From contig JBEWZL010000163.1 in NCBI GenBank assembly GCA_045837725.1, positions 620,001 through 650,090 of the forward strand: 30,090 nucleotides of DNA, read 5' to 3'. The position numbers and the translations under genes are program-made. Below are positions 1 to 12,428 of the stretch, one piece after another (positions within the stretch are counted from its first letter, which is position 1; each line of letters begins with the position of its first letter). Origin of the DNA: Vermamoeba vermiformis. Lineage: Eukaryota. The notes below the pieces were generated by a model. That model was not told where the DNA came from. It was given only the letters and a program-made list of their open reading frames with translations, and did no database searches.

Positions 1-93
1 AAAAGCTCGCTCGATCCCGATCCATAATTACCACGAATGATTCGATTAATATCAAATTACTTCAATCAAATACTTATATATTTTTTCAAACAG

Positions 94-3000
94 GTACTCG
101 ACTCAGAGATTCCCATTATCGATTTAGAAGAGGTGACACTTACCGATAACGAAGAAAAAAACGTAAGAAATTATTTCAAAGCCTCCATTTACTCAATAAT
201 TAATTATTGACTGTTATTTATATTTAGCTACAATTAAATTTTAAAGATCAAGTGCAATACCAAATCAAAACATCAGCGACCGAAGAGATAGTTATCTCGC
301 TGTTAAAAACATTCAGAGAAATCACCGCATCGCAGCACCCAATCACCGTCAACAAAAAATTCAAAAAAGTGCACAAGAAAATGTATGTAGACAACAAATC
401 GACATCTTTGTGTTGATTGAAAACTCATCACGTACTGTTTTTAGCTTGAAGTTGACGCAAGAGAAACACATTGCCGATGGATTCTTAGTCAAATACGACA
501 CGTATTGCAATTATTTTAAAACACCAATCAGACGAGAGTAAGCAAAAAATACACTTTTTCATGTTCTTTCAACGAACAATTGAGCACTAACCATTTTTAT
601 TTTAGGGTCCATAGGTTCATCGAGGTCAGTTTTAAACGCTTATTGTATTATTAATTATGGTCTTATTTATCTTATGTTACAGGCGTTGGTTGAAAAAAAC
701 GATCACGACTTGGATCTGACGAATTGTCCTGGCATTGACAACAAATCCGAAATCGCTATCAATATCAACACTGTAATATTACCGTTAATGTACAATACTT
801 ATTTTAGAGGCCTAGAACTAAGGTAAGCAAAACACGAAAAAATAATCGAAATTTTGAAGATAAGCCGGACTGACGTTTCCTTTTTAGGAATGTTCCGCAA
901 CGAGAATTGACCGTTGTTTTGGGACAAATGTTGAATAAGAACACAACATTGGCTAAAATCGTTTTGCAAGGCATTGATGCCGTTGACGTGAGCGGTATTG
1001 GTCTCGCATTGAGTAAAAACAAAGACAATAAGGTATGATATTACAAAAATGCATATATTGTATAAATGCTCGTATATTAATTGAATTTTTGCTTTCTTAG
1101 GTCGAAATACTGGATCTGTCGAACAATAGCGTGGATCGAGGATTCATTGCCGTAGCAGCGTCGTTTATCTACCAGCAACATGGTGTCAAAATACTCAACT
1201 TTGAAAATTGCAATTTGTCTGCTAAATCAGTCACTGCATTGTTCGAAGCACTCGCGAAAAACTATGCAATGTCTTTGAGCATCCGCGAGCTGTATCTTGG
1301 CGGCAACAAATTCGACGAATTTACTATGAACGCTATGTGCCACTGGCTCGATCAAGGCAAAGGTAAGCATTGTATCCATTTCATTCGTTTATTTGACGAA
1401 GAAATTTCCTTTTCCGTACTTGGGTTCAAAATTTCATTTCTACAGTTAAATTTTCCTTTTTTGGATTAAGAATTTAGGATACAAAGCTTTGTTGCTCATT
1501 TTTCCGAAATTTTATAGGTTACTTAGCGCTACGAAAGATCTCGCTCGCAAACACCGTTGTAGATCTGAATCGAACGCTCAAGCTCTTGTTATTCAACGTT
1601 CATATGGAGTACTTCGACTTCAGCGGCATTAAAATAACCGACGAGACTATTGCCGTAACTTTTGCCGACTTAATTAATGCGAGTTACGAATTGAAAACCC
1701 TCAAGTTATCGACTTGCCATTTGACGATCAAGGTTATCGAGACCGTCGTTGGTGCCATAATGAAGAACAAGAAATTGAACAAAGGTAATATTAGTCATAT
1801 CATTACTCGCCTCACGTTATTAACTATTTTTTTCAGTGAATCTGGATCTGTCTGGCAACGAAATTGGTCCCGCCGGAGCATTGCAACTCGTTAAGACTAT
1901 GAAAGAGCCGTCTTGTTTCTCTACAATCAACTTCGCTGATTGCAAGCTGAAAGCTAAAGGTAAGCTCGTCAGATCCAAAGCTTAATATCCGTTACATGAA
2001 GCTTCTAATATGATTCAAAGCTTTTAATCCAATTCAAACTACTATTCAGTGCTAATTGATATTATTTTAGGTGTCTCGGCACTAATAGACATCATGACGG
2101 ACTCACTCGACTCGCTGATCTTGGACGAAAACATCTCGTACGACGAGATTGAATCCATGTGCAAGAGACTAGCGGACTTGGCCGTTAAATACTCGCTCAA
2201 ACGACTAAGCATTGCTGGCGGCAAGACGTCTTTCAAAAAGTACCTGAATCCGTTCTTCTTGTACTTGCAATTTTCGGAGAACTTGTTGGAACTCGATTGC
2301 AGTGCCAACGCTCTTGGAGATATTGGTGCAGTAGCACTATCGGAGATGCTATTTGAAAACAGCTCAATCGTCTCGCTTATTATTGACGGAAATAACTTTA
2401 CTCTGGTACGTCGGATCTGCGTTGTTTCTTGAAGATTATATTAACCTGGCTTATTTAGAGCGGCTATCAAACTCTATTGAACGCGTTAAGGCACAATAAG
2501 AGCGTCTTTAATATTCCTTATCCGTTCAAAGACATTGAAAGGTGAGCACATCCGAAACCAAAGTCAAGCGAATCGATTTAATAATTGCCCATTCCTTATA
2601 GACTTGACTCTCGCCAAAAGATGGAAGTAATTCAAATATGGCTTCACATTCAAGCGATATTGAACAAGAATAAGTCCAAAAACAATTTAGAACGCGTTGG
2701 AGATTTCGTTGTGTTCAATACACCGGTCAAATCACCGACTACACCTGATGGTCTTAATGTATTATATACCCCCTTAGCGACCCTTCCTCAAGTAAGTTTC
2801 TTCCAATCAATAACAGTTCCAGTACACGATTTTTCCAAATTTGGAAATTTATCGTCAAGCCATTATAATTTAACCCCATGCTTCGAATACATTAATAATA
2901 TTTTCTATAGCACTTGAAGCAAGTCTACATGCCGACACTAGAAGAACAATTGCTCGGCAGAATAGATCTGAACCAGCTTGGCAAAGGCACAAGTTTTTCC

Positions 3001-3645
3001 GCTGATTTTGGCGTTCAAAAATCTTACTCGAGTGCGGCACTCTCTCCACGCAGTATTTCCGCCGATAATTCCGAGAATAGAGACAGTGCCCGCGAATCAA
3101 CTTCTTTGCCTTCGTTAACCAAGTCGTTGGGCACGGAGAAATTGGATTCACCTAAAAAGGCAAAAAGTCCGAGAAGCAAGTCACGCAAAAAAATTACGCT
3201 CGATACCGATAAGATCGATGGTCCTAAAAAGGAAGTGCGCATTGACTCGCCGCGAAAAGAAGTTAAAATTGATAGTCCAAGAAAGGAAAAAAGCGACAGT
3301 AATAGTCCCAAAAATAGCAAAAGTGACAACAAACTTGACAGCCCGAGAAATAATGCAAAGACTGATAGTCCCAGAAAGGAAAAAAGCGACAGTAATAGTC
3401 CCAGAAACAGCAAAAATGACAGCAACAAAACTGAAAGCAGCCCGCGCAAAGAAACCAACACCAGATCTGAGGCCAACAATACTACTACTAATAATAGTAC
3501 CACCGCTAATGGTACTGGCACACCGCGTAAAATTGAATTTACGGAGTACAGCCCGCGCAAGATTGAACCTGGCGCCGCTGAATTTGAACGCAATGAGGCC
3601 GCTGATTCGAGTGAAGAAACTGCCCTGAAACGTTCTTCAAAATGA
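94..3645 (+). CDS. CARMIL-like PH + leucine-rich repeat protein with SPRK-rich tail (multi-exon, 5' end outside window)
   Basis: Spliced exons give VLDSEIPIIDLEEV... and DGFLVKYDTYCNYFKTPIRRE (CARMIL-like linker). Many RI-type LRRs follow (ELYLGGNKF, LKTLKLSTCHL, LLELDCSANALGDIGA, SLIIDGNNFT). The last exon is basic and Ser/Pro-rich, with the stop at 3645. Confidence 0.75.
3271..3402 (+). repeat. Coding direct repeat (about 40 nt, 93-nt offset) within SP(R/K)K peptide repeats
   Basis: gatagtcc(a/c)agaaaggaaaaaagcgacagtaatagtccc occurs at 3271 and 3364, encoding DSPRKEKSDSNSP twice. Confidence 0.85.
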
Positions 3646-3860
3646 AATTTATGCTGTATGAATAATCCTTATAAACCTTTTATTTATTGAGTAGTCCATC
3701 TCGCGCGGTGCAAAAGATAAAATCTTATTTTTTGGTTTTGCACCATTTTACTTTCTTTGTTACATATTGACCAACTTTCTTTTAGTTGAATTTTGCATCA
3801 ATCTCGGGGTTTTTTTCTGGTCGTTCAGCTGCCAGCCAAAATTCTTTCGCTGTTGCTGTG

Positions 3861-6575
3861 TTAAAATCGCCCAAATATCTCCGCGTTGATTAGTGTTTGC
3901 CCAAATTGCTGCGATGTCAGAGAATATTCTCGTGTGTCTTCGTTTTGTTCGAAAACCAGATCCGTCTTGAAGATCTGACCCTGATCTGCTAACCAACCAG
4001 GAAATACAGCGTAGAAATTAGGTGCCGAGGCAGTATATTGCACCACCAAGCGGAATTTCTCAAATACGAGCTGACTGTTGAGCACAGGTGTTGCGTGCAC
4101 TAATCCGCAGCCGATGACAGGGAACAGCCAGTGCGTGACATTGCCGTCAACAACAACGAACGAGTACTTCTCTGGTGGACTGGAACTTGACCTGAAGAGT
4201 TCGTTAGATAACCAAACATTAAACCGGGTGCAATGAAAATATAATAAGCATGTCCTTCAAAAAAATAAAGTTGCTTGGAGTAACGCAAGCACTAATCAAG
4301 TCGTACGGGGTACGGAAAGCGAAAATAAAAGTAGCGGAGAGGCCGCACCCGGAATTGAACCGGGATCCTCGGAATCAAAATCCGATATAATAGCCATTAT
4401 ACTATGCAGCCCTTGTTGGAGGCGGCGGTTTTCATTTTTTGCTCCGAGCCATCCCCGGCTGCACTGACGCGAAAAACAAAAACGTCGGGTGTTTTACAAT
4501 CCGATCTTTGATGTCCCTTGCACAGCTTGCTGTTCTTGTGTGACAGTTTCCAATTAAAAAGCAATTGGTGCACAGCAGGGACTATGCTAGCCTATAGCTT
4601 GCAACCGAAAAAAAATTGCGAAGGGGAAATAGCAAGGTCGAGTGCGCACTTTCCCAGATCGGATGCAGCGCAAAAGGCAAAAAACAAATTCCGATACCGG
4701 GAGTCGAACCCGGGTTTCATGGGTGAGAGCCATGTGTGCTGCCGCCTACACCATATCGGAATGGTTGAATATGTCGAGCAAAATTTTTACCACCTCATTC
4801 GAGAATTGATGGGATAGGATTCCTTTAGAAAACGACGGCTGTCTTACCTGGTTGTGTATTCGAAATAGCACTTTGCGAAACTGCTCTTGATGGTAACTTG
4901 CTTCGACTCGCCAGGTTCGATGATTAGCTCGGTTGTAGGCGCATAGGAGTCACTTTTGATCAAAGGTGTTGAAGCAGATCCAGGACTCTTTTTAGGGCTG
5001 AGCCTTGACGCCTTTTTAGGTACATCGGCGATCATCATTTTGTTTTGGGGTGAGAACAGTACGGGATTATAGAATGTAGCAAGAATATTATTACTCGAAT
5101 AAATTCCGCTGCCCGAATTGAACCTTGCAGTACTTATTAGCACCAGCAATATCAGGCACGAAATAACTTACTGTCCAGTTCCTGCTCCTGCCGCAATTAG
5201 ATTAACACCAAATGTTGTGGCCCACGCATTTTGCATCTGTGCGGATCCGTTAGTAATTGCCACATTGTGATACTATTTGACCTAAATTACATACCTCTGT
5301 CCCTGTCAACAATAGCGAAGTATCAAATAAATTGACCCACCAGGTGCTGAACACGAAGTTCTGAATTCCCATGTCTAACAACTTGTTTGTGGGTGTCTCG
5401 AACATAATGTCAAAACAAATCATCATGCCGAATCTAACTCCGAAGCTCGTGTCAAAATACATTGCATCAGGAACGAGCGGTGCATTAAACTCCGGTTCAT
5501 AGTACTAAAAACCTAGTTAATCACCACGAACTCTCTGTTACAATGGCACGTACCAAATGAGACTTGTGATACTTGGCCAAGATCTGATATATATTGTTAA
5601 TACAGTAATTATGATACCAATTGATTAGGTCGTACTTGTCCGGTCTCATCGAAAGCTACTTGCGTGTTGTACATCCAGTGTCCATCGCTTGGACAGTTCG
5701 ATGACTGCGTAATATTACATGGAACTAAGTCGCCCATATTAATAACCAATACCATGTTGTATTTCCTTGCCAAACAACTCGCGGTGTAAGTCACTTTTGC
5801 CGCATCCTGTTCGCGGTACAAAATCGTTAGTTTAAAAAATAATAGAGCTAAAAGAGCTACAATAGACTATAGGACTAAAAAAAAGAATATATCTTTCTCG
5901 AACATCTTTCGTAACTACGATGGAAGTCACGAAATGGAAAAGAAAGAATGAACGAAGATCTGAGTTTAGGAAAACGTACTTGCTGCTCAGAATCTCCTCG
6001 CCAATCAATGCACGGGTTAGCTGGTGCAATGGAAGGGTCAGGTATTATTTCCATATAAGGAAAAGCAGTCTTTCTAAACATCGCGTTGTCACGTTAGAAA
6101 TTGCGTACGAAGTGTCAAAAGCTAGATTATTATGGTACCTTGATACTAATAACGGACTGTATAGTCCATATTCAGGAAATACAATTATTTGAACACCAGC
6201 GTTAGAAGCGTTAAGCATAAAGGCCTAAACGAAACGGATGAGTTGTTGAATATTGGATCTCGCTTGCAAAATATTTAATAATTATTTAGATATTAGCTAT
6301 ATTTATCATACAATTAATTGCGATATTTTCTGGTATTATTTATTTATTAGACGAGCTCTTACCTCATAACTCGCCAGATTGGTCATCATAATCTGTTGAG
6401 CTTCCTTCTTCGTCAAAACCTCGTAAGGGCTTTTTGCCCTGACAGGATTAAACTCGACTACAGCGGCACGATATCTTTCTGACTGTTGCTGGAAACTCGA
6501 TCCAGTCGCGCTGTTTACGCACGCACACAAGAGTGCACTCAACACTAAAATAATAGTGTGCCCTAGAATTGCCAT
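3861..6575 (-). CDS. Vanin/pantetheinase/biotinidase-family carbon-nitrogen hydrolase, secreted (multi-exon)
   Basis: Signal peptide [19 protein letters not shown], then [17 protein letters not shown] (catalytic E), [18 protein letters not shown] (K) and [11 protein letters not shown] (C). Last exon 3861-4191 reads [13 protein letters not shown]...VFEKFRL...[11 protein letters not shown]...EIFGRF, matching the Vanin C-terminal domain pattern. Confidence 0.9.
4340..4411 (-). tRNA. tRNA-Gln (TTG)
   Basis: Acceptor stem GGCTGCA/TGCGGCC, anticodon arm TCGGA-TT TTG AT-TCCGA, T arm GGTTCAATTCC, 72 nt, followed by a T-run terminator. Confidence 0.95.
4689..4760 (-). tRNA. tRNA-Glu (CTC)
   Basis: Acceptor stem TCCGATA/TATCGGA, anticodon arm CATGG-CT CTC AC-CCATG, T arm GGTTCGACTCC, 72 nt, followed by a T6 terminator. 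Confidence 0.95.
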
Positions 6576-6900
6576 TTGTTGAGGCGTGACATAGTTTGTT
6601 TAAAGTTACGAAATATGTTGTTGTTGTACGTTCAATTTTAAACGGGGCGAAAAACCGGAATAAATTTGATAAACCGTCGGCCGTTAATAAGGCATTAGCC
6701 TCGCGTCACACCAGGAACCCCCAACTGAAGGATTGTATACTAAGTGGTTGTAATAAAGAGGCGAACGGTAGTTGAAACTGGAGCTTATTTCGTCTCGCAA
6801 ATATTGTACGAGGTACATCCGGTGAAAAAAAGATTCGTTTACTTGCTAGACAATATAATTATATATAAAACAGACCAAGAGTTATTCTGAATATCCTCCC

Positions 6901-9468
6901 TTACATTCTCGCCGATCGACTGATAATTGTCGGTTAGTACTAGTAAACTTTCCAGCCTTCAACAACAAATGCACTACTTACTTTTTAGGCAAGTCGAACG
7001 GTCCTTCGTTGGACGCTGTGCCTCCGCTGGTTGTAATCTCCGTGGCACTAGCAATGAAACAGTTAGTCACAGTGTTTTGTAAGGCGTCGAAAGTAGGCTG
7101 TGATACATACGTAGTAGATTTGGCTAGCTTTTCAGCAGCATTTCTTCGTCGACCGAACAAGGACGGTTTCGTGGCCAACAACTTCTCTTTGCCCTTGTTG
7201 TCGTTGTCGCGGTTCTCCATAGCAATGTACACTCGCTTTTCGAGACCAGTGTAGATCTAAAGAGCATACGTTAGCACAAAATTAAACCAAGTTGCTTTTT
7301 GACACGTGTCAAAGTGTCTTCTGCACGGATCCATACCTGTCTGGGGCGGTAGATCTTCATGCCAGCAGGGTCTTGCAAGGCTTCAACCCAGTGAGCTAAC
7401 CAGCCTGCAACTCTAGGAATGCAGAACAAGACAGGGAACATATCGGTAGGGAAGCCCATGGCGTTGTAGATCAAACCAGAGTAGAAGTCGACGTTAGGGA
7501 ACAACTTGCGGCTGATGAAGTACTCGTCAGCCAAGGCTTGTTTCTCCAACTCGATGGCGATCTCCATCAACGGGTTCTTTCCGAGCACGTCAAACACCTC
7601 GAAAGTGATGTCCTTCATGACCTTGGCACGAGGATCGTAGTTCTTGTAAATGCGGTGACCGAAGCCAAACAAGATCTTCTTCTTGTCCTTGACGTCTTGC
7701 AAGAAGGCAGGAACGTTGGCGGGTGAGCCGATTTGTTCCAACATTCGCAAAACAGCTTCATTGGCACCACCGTGCAAGGGACCGTAGAGTGCACCAGCGG
7801 CACCAGAGACGGCAGTGTACGGATCAACGAGAGTCGATGAAATTTGACGCATAGTCGCGGTACTGCAGTTCAACTCGTGATCAGCGTGCAAGATCCAGAT
7901 CTTGTCAAGAGCCTGTTTTGAACGATTTAAATCAGCTTACTATTATATTTCACGATACTGGGACCTCGTAATATTATAGGGGCCGGTACTTACTCTGGCG
8001 AGCACGGGGTGAGGGCGGTAATTGTTCTCAGACAATCTGTCCAACATGTACATAAAGTTCTCGACGTACGACAGGTAGTTGACGGGGTTGTTGTAAGGTC
8101 TAAATATTAAATATAATACCATTAGTACCGAATTCATAGCACGCGCTACGCTTGCAAATAAATCGAATTTACAATTGCAGATTAAATGTACGGAAGAAAA
8201 TAAAATTTGGCTTCAGTCACTTACCGACCAATGCGATGTCTGTAGGCGCAAGCGGCAATAGTGGGAATCTTGCCCAAAATTCTGAAGATTTGTTTGTTGC
8301 GCATAGCAGGATCTTGGTAGAGATCTGAGCCTTGCAAAGCAGGATTCGCATCCGGATAGAAAGTACCCATGGCAGAGATCGAGCTGACCAACATACCCAT
8401 AGGATGAGCGTCGTATCTGAATGTTTGCATCAATTCGACCAAGTTCTCGTGGATGAAAGTGTGGCGCATAATGGTAGTCTCCCATTGCTTCTTTTGAACC
8501 TAATCCACAAAAACAATTAATAAAAAACTCCTACAATATATACCGTATATTATTATGATCTTTTTTATATCGATAGCGAGTTTATCGTAAAAATAAAAGT
8601 TTCGATTTTGACGGGCGAGTTCAAGTCACCGTAAATCGCTCGGTAATTGCACGAATAACTCCGTTTAAATATCTTTAATTACCTTGTTAGGGAGTTCGCC
8701 ATAAATAAGCAAGTAAGCGACCTCCAAGAAAGTGGATTTCTCGACGAGTTCTTCAATGTCGTAGCCGCGGTAAGTCAAAACACCCTTATCTCCGTCAATC
8801 TTGCAAATTTTAGATTTGCAGCAAGCGGTATTGAAGTAGCCACCGTCATAAACCCTAATAAAGTGCGTTAGGTTCTCGAAGGATCCAGCGACAGAAATTG
8901 CAAGTTGCATAAATTCAGAAAAATGCTCTAAAAGATTGCAAATATGAATTGCTTGATGTATATCGAATATAGATATGATTTTAATTACTTAGAAAATTAA
9001 AAGAAAATTACTTACACCAAGCCGACATCGTCAGGATCTGCCGTCTTGATATTTTTGAAGTCAGTAGCGTTGATGGCATTTTGGCCAATAGGAACGGTGT
9101 ATTCCTTGCCAGTTCTAGAGTCCTTAACGGAAAGCTTCTCTCTGTAGCAAAAATGAATTTATTAGCGAATATTCAATCTCGAACTTGAAGCTGCACCAGA
9201 AAAAATTTGCGCTCAAATGGCATAAAAAAATCGATAAAATAATAGAGGTATTATGTTTAACATTAAAACTTTAAAATAAAGCCGGAGAACCAAAAAGTTC
9301 CCAGCCAGATTAGATGCCTTTTCGTAAATTAATCCTTAGAGGGAATAATTGTTATCAATATATGTCAACTAAACTCTTCAATTAAATTTCTTTTCATCAT
9401 CAATGTACGAGACCGCATTAAGCGACGTTTACTTACTTTGCTTCTTCTTTACGTGGAGCAGATGCCAT
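6901..9468 (-). CDS. Citrate synthase, peroxisomal/bacterial-like type (multi-exon)
   Basis: Motifs [67 protein letters not shown] and IYRPRQ. Probable ATG at 9468 ([10 protein letters not shown]). A terminal exon at 6901-6919 gives ...PKNRSARM*. Confidence 0.95.
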
Positions 9469-9801
9469 TGCGTGTTAGTTTGTTGGATTAATAAATTAAT
9501 ATAGCCCGCGAAGCAAGTGGTGCTCTGTTTAATTGGGAGATTGGTTTTTGATTTTTTCCCTTCGGTCATTCGTTTTGACGGGCCGGCTGAATTTCACCGG
9601 AAATTTGACTGAATGTGATTTGATTGATACGTGGTACACTTCCTCGCACCACCAGACCAGTTAGAAAGATACATTGCTGGAAGTAGGCATTTTTAGACTA
9701 TGCAGTGATAAACGATTCATTATAATTAATCAGTAGTTCAAATCTGGAAGGGAAACAACGCTACGCGTTTCCTATGACTGATTTTATTTTATGTGAATGA
9801 T

Positions 9802-11042
9802 TTAATAAGTCTTAGTACAGACGTGACCGATGCAGCGGATCTTCTCCTTGCCGGTGAAGCCAGTGCAGAAATCAGGGCACTGAATGGACTCGTCGACAAA
9901 CTTCCTGTTGCCAAAGAAGCATTGTTCTGGTTAACAATTAATTAATAATTAATAGGTTGTATACTTGAGAATTATTATTGTCCGATCGCAACACGTGCTC
10001 AAAATTTTATCGATAAATTTAACCAAAGTAACCGCTTTTTCGCTGGCCCATTTGGGGAGACTAAAAGTCTATTTTCAGTTTGTAAATTACCTGTGTAAAT
10101 GTTAACACCACAAGCGCAGTCCTGATCCGAGTTGCATTTTTGTTCTTGATCCAGCGCAACAATCTTATAAATAGGTAGTCAATAAATTTATCCCGCTAAG
10201 TATTATACAAGCATATTGAAACAAAGTTATTTGAAAATATTGATAGTACACATGCTACGGCAGTGGGATTACATTGCCGGCTGGTTATCATTGTGAATCA
10301 TTATTGGCGTCGTACCTGTTTGCACTGTCCTCTAATGCATTTAATCTCCAAATTGTTGAACAATCCGCTGCAAAAATCAGGGCACTGCGAGTCAGTGTTG
10401 ACGTATTTCTTGTTGCCATAGAAACACGCGTCTATCGTTACAAATCACATTAGAGACTCAACAACGCACTATCTTATTCGTATAGCATTCGTACCTGTAT
10501 AGATATTAATACCACATGCACAATCATCGTCAGTAGAGCAAAGGTTTTGGTCATCTGTGTTCACGATCTGGGCGCACTCGCCGTCCACGCAACGAATAAC
10601 CAGGTTGCCCAAGAAACCAGTGCAGAAGTCTAAAGTAAATCTATTAGAAACTGCGAGTCCAAAACCCCAAAGGGTCCCGTTAGTGGATCATTGGATCGGA
10701 AATTTGTTTCAACGGAAAAGACATGGGTTGCAATTGTTTAATTAGCACGTCTTTGCAAATACTCTATGTATTAATAATATTGCATAACTCAGCAAGCGTA
10801 TTACAATTAAATTAAAATTCTTGAAAGGTTTCGTGCTGATCGAACGTCTTAAATTAGTTCTTACCGGGGCAATGTTTAGTGGTGTCGATATATTTGTAGT
10901 TTCCAAATGCGCAATCGCCACTGGTCTTATTCACACCGCATGAGCAATCGGAATCAAGGCGGCAGGACAGCTGATTTGGTTGTGCTTGGGACAACATCGC
11001 CAAAGCTGTAATAACGCTAATAAATAAAAAGACGCGATACAT
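9802..11042 (-). CDS. Secreted protein with three tandem eight-cysteine domains
   Basis: Signal peptide MYRVFLFISVITALAMLSQA, then 3x C-x2-D-x-DC-x-CG-x-N...C-x2-GN-x2-(Y/F)...CPDFC-x-G...I-x-C...C over five exons. Stop TAA at 9802-9804. Confidence 0.85.
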
Positions 11043-11277
11043 AGTTTTGTCAGTGGTCACTAGTTGCTGATTAGTATGATAATGTAAAAATAAAACTCGA
11101 ATATAAATCTTGGGGACAGCTCAACCAGGGCGCCCCAAAAGTGTACAAAGCCGGACTCTTAATTTCAGAATTCGCATGCGAAAAGGTTTAATTACGCAAT
11201 TAACATGAAATTGTCACTTATTTGTCGAACTATTATGTCTGGCAGATAAGTTCTTACGTGGATCGCGGATTCGCATC

Positions 11278-12117
11278 TCAAACGCTGGCTTGAGCCTTTG
11301 CTTCTTGATGTGCGCTGTAAGTTTGAATAATCCATGAGGGCAGGATCATTTTCTGGCACCAAGCTAATGGCCACATCATCACCTTGCCGAGCAAACCCTT
11401 CACGTGCACAACGGTTGAGATCGTAACAGCCTTGGAGCCATCAGGACTACGAGAAATTAAAATTAAATTACGTTACCGTGTAATATATACGAATGGACAC
11501 TTACGTTGGTCTAGTATCGGCCATCAATTGAGGCTGTTGCTTCTCATCCATCAAAAATGAAATTCTTACGTCAAACAGTTTGTCGTCATAGCCAAGAACA
11601 ATTTCCTTCTCCGATCGACTGCGAACTAAGAATGCTGCTTTGCCTTCGCCTAAATCATAATCAACTCGCTCGTTTTTAGCCTGAAATGAAAGTAAGTAAG
11701 TCTTTCGATCATTTAGCACGCAATCTGCACGTGGACTCACCAACGATTGAATAGTCTTCTTAGAGTCCAATAGTAATTGAACTACGCGTGGAGTATGGCC
11801 GAAGAACTCTTTGGCGTATTGATCCACGGACTCGATCCATTTATCGTTGACCGGAGCAACAAACGAATCCACATAATTAAAGTGTTTTTTAATATTCTCC
11901 GTTTGAATAATGCTCGTAGTTGGAATATGATTAGGCACCTCAGTGAGGTGGTTCGATCTCATCTGGTAATTACGGTATTGCCATGTCCCCACCAAAGCTG
12001 CCTATTAAACAATATTAAATATTTTAGAAAAAGAAGCAATTAATGCAAGTAGATCTAGCAAAATTAAGCACGTACTCCTCCAACAAAAATCGCTCTTGAT
12101 AACAGACCAGAAAGCAT
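11278..12117 (-). CDS. DUF2867-like protein with N-terminal hydrophobic/targeting segment (3 exons)
   Basis: Spliced: MLSGLLSRAIFVGG|AALVGTWQY...YVDSF...FLVRSRSEKEIVLGYDDKLFDVRISF...AVTISTVVHVKGLLGKVMMWPLAWCQKMIL. The EIVLGxDDK and TVVHxxxxxG pattern resembles DUF2867. Confidence 0.7.
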
Positions 12118-12428
12118 GCTCGTCGTGATTGAAAAAATTAAAATTGAGGAAATTGACGGGCAAAATTGAACTTTCTTCTGAACTAGCCGTTAACCAGCTC
12201 AAAAATTTGAGCGGGAACTGGATGCAGGCAAAAAATTGACAATTTCCTTGCCTTTCATTTTAAGCACCCTGCACCCTTTCACCACAACTGTATTGCATGA
12301 GTTTGTTGCTCTCGGAAGCGGAAGGAATTGTCGATAAAATTAGCTCCGTTTGTTAGGTACCCGCTCGCGCACCAGTTCCGTCAACCTAAAGGCACAACGG
12401 GCACTGTTCGTAATAACTTTAAGACGAC

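Noticed and set aside
3024-3593. 189-aa Leu/Ser-rich minus-strand ORF that looks like a membrane protein
   Set aside because: It is the antisense shadow of the K/S/D-rich repeat exon.
4100-4288. 62-aa ORF abutting the 79-aa ORF, suggesting a frameshift or readthrough
   Set aside because: Explained by the splice acceptor at 4192: the true exon is one continuous frame and the rest is intron.
4610-4680. Possible hairpin ncRNA (GGGAAA...TTTCCC then a T-run) between the two tRNAs
   Set aside because: Only a short stem and no recognisable RNA family motif; an Infernal/Rfam scan would be needed.
4518-4817. 99-aa plus-strand ORF
   Set aside because: It is antisense to tRNA-Glu within an intron and has no protein features.
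11192-11374. 60-aa ORF or suspected frameshift in the DUF2867-like gene
   Set aside because: The spliced frame (TVVHVKGLLGK...) is continuous and ends at 11278; the listed ORF is an alternative frame.
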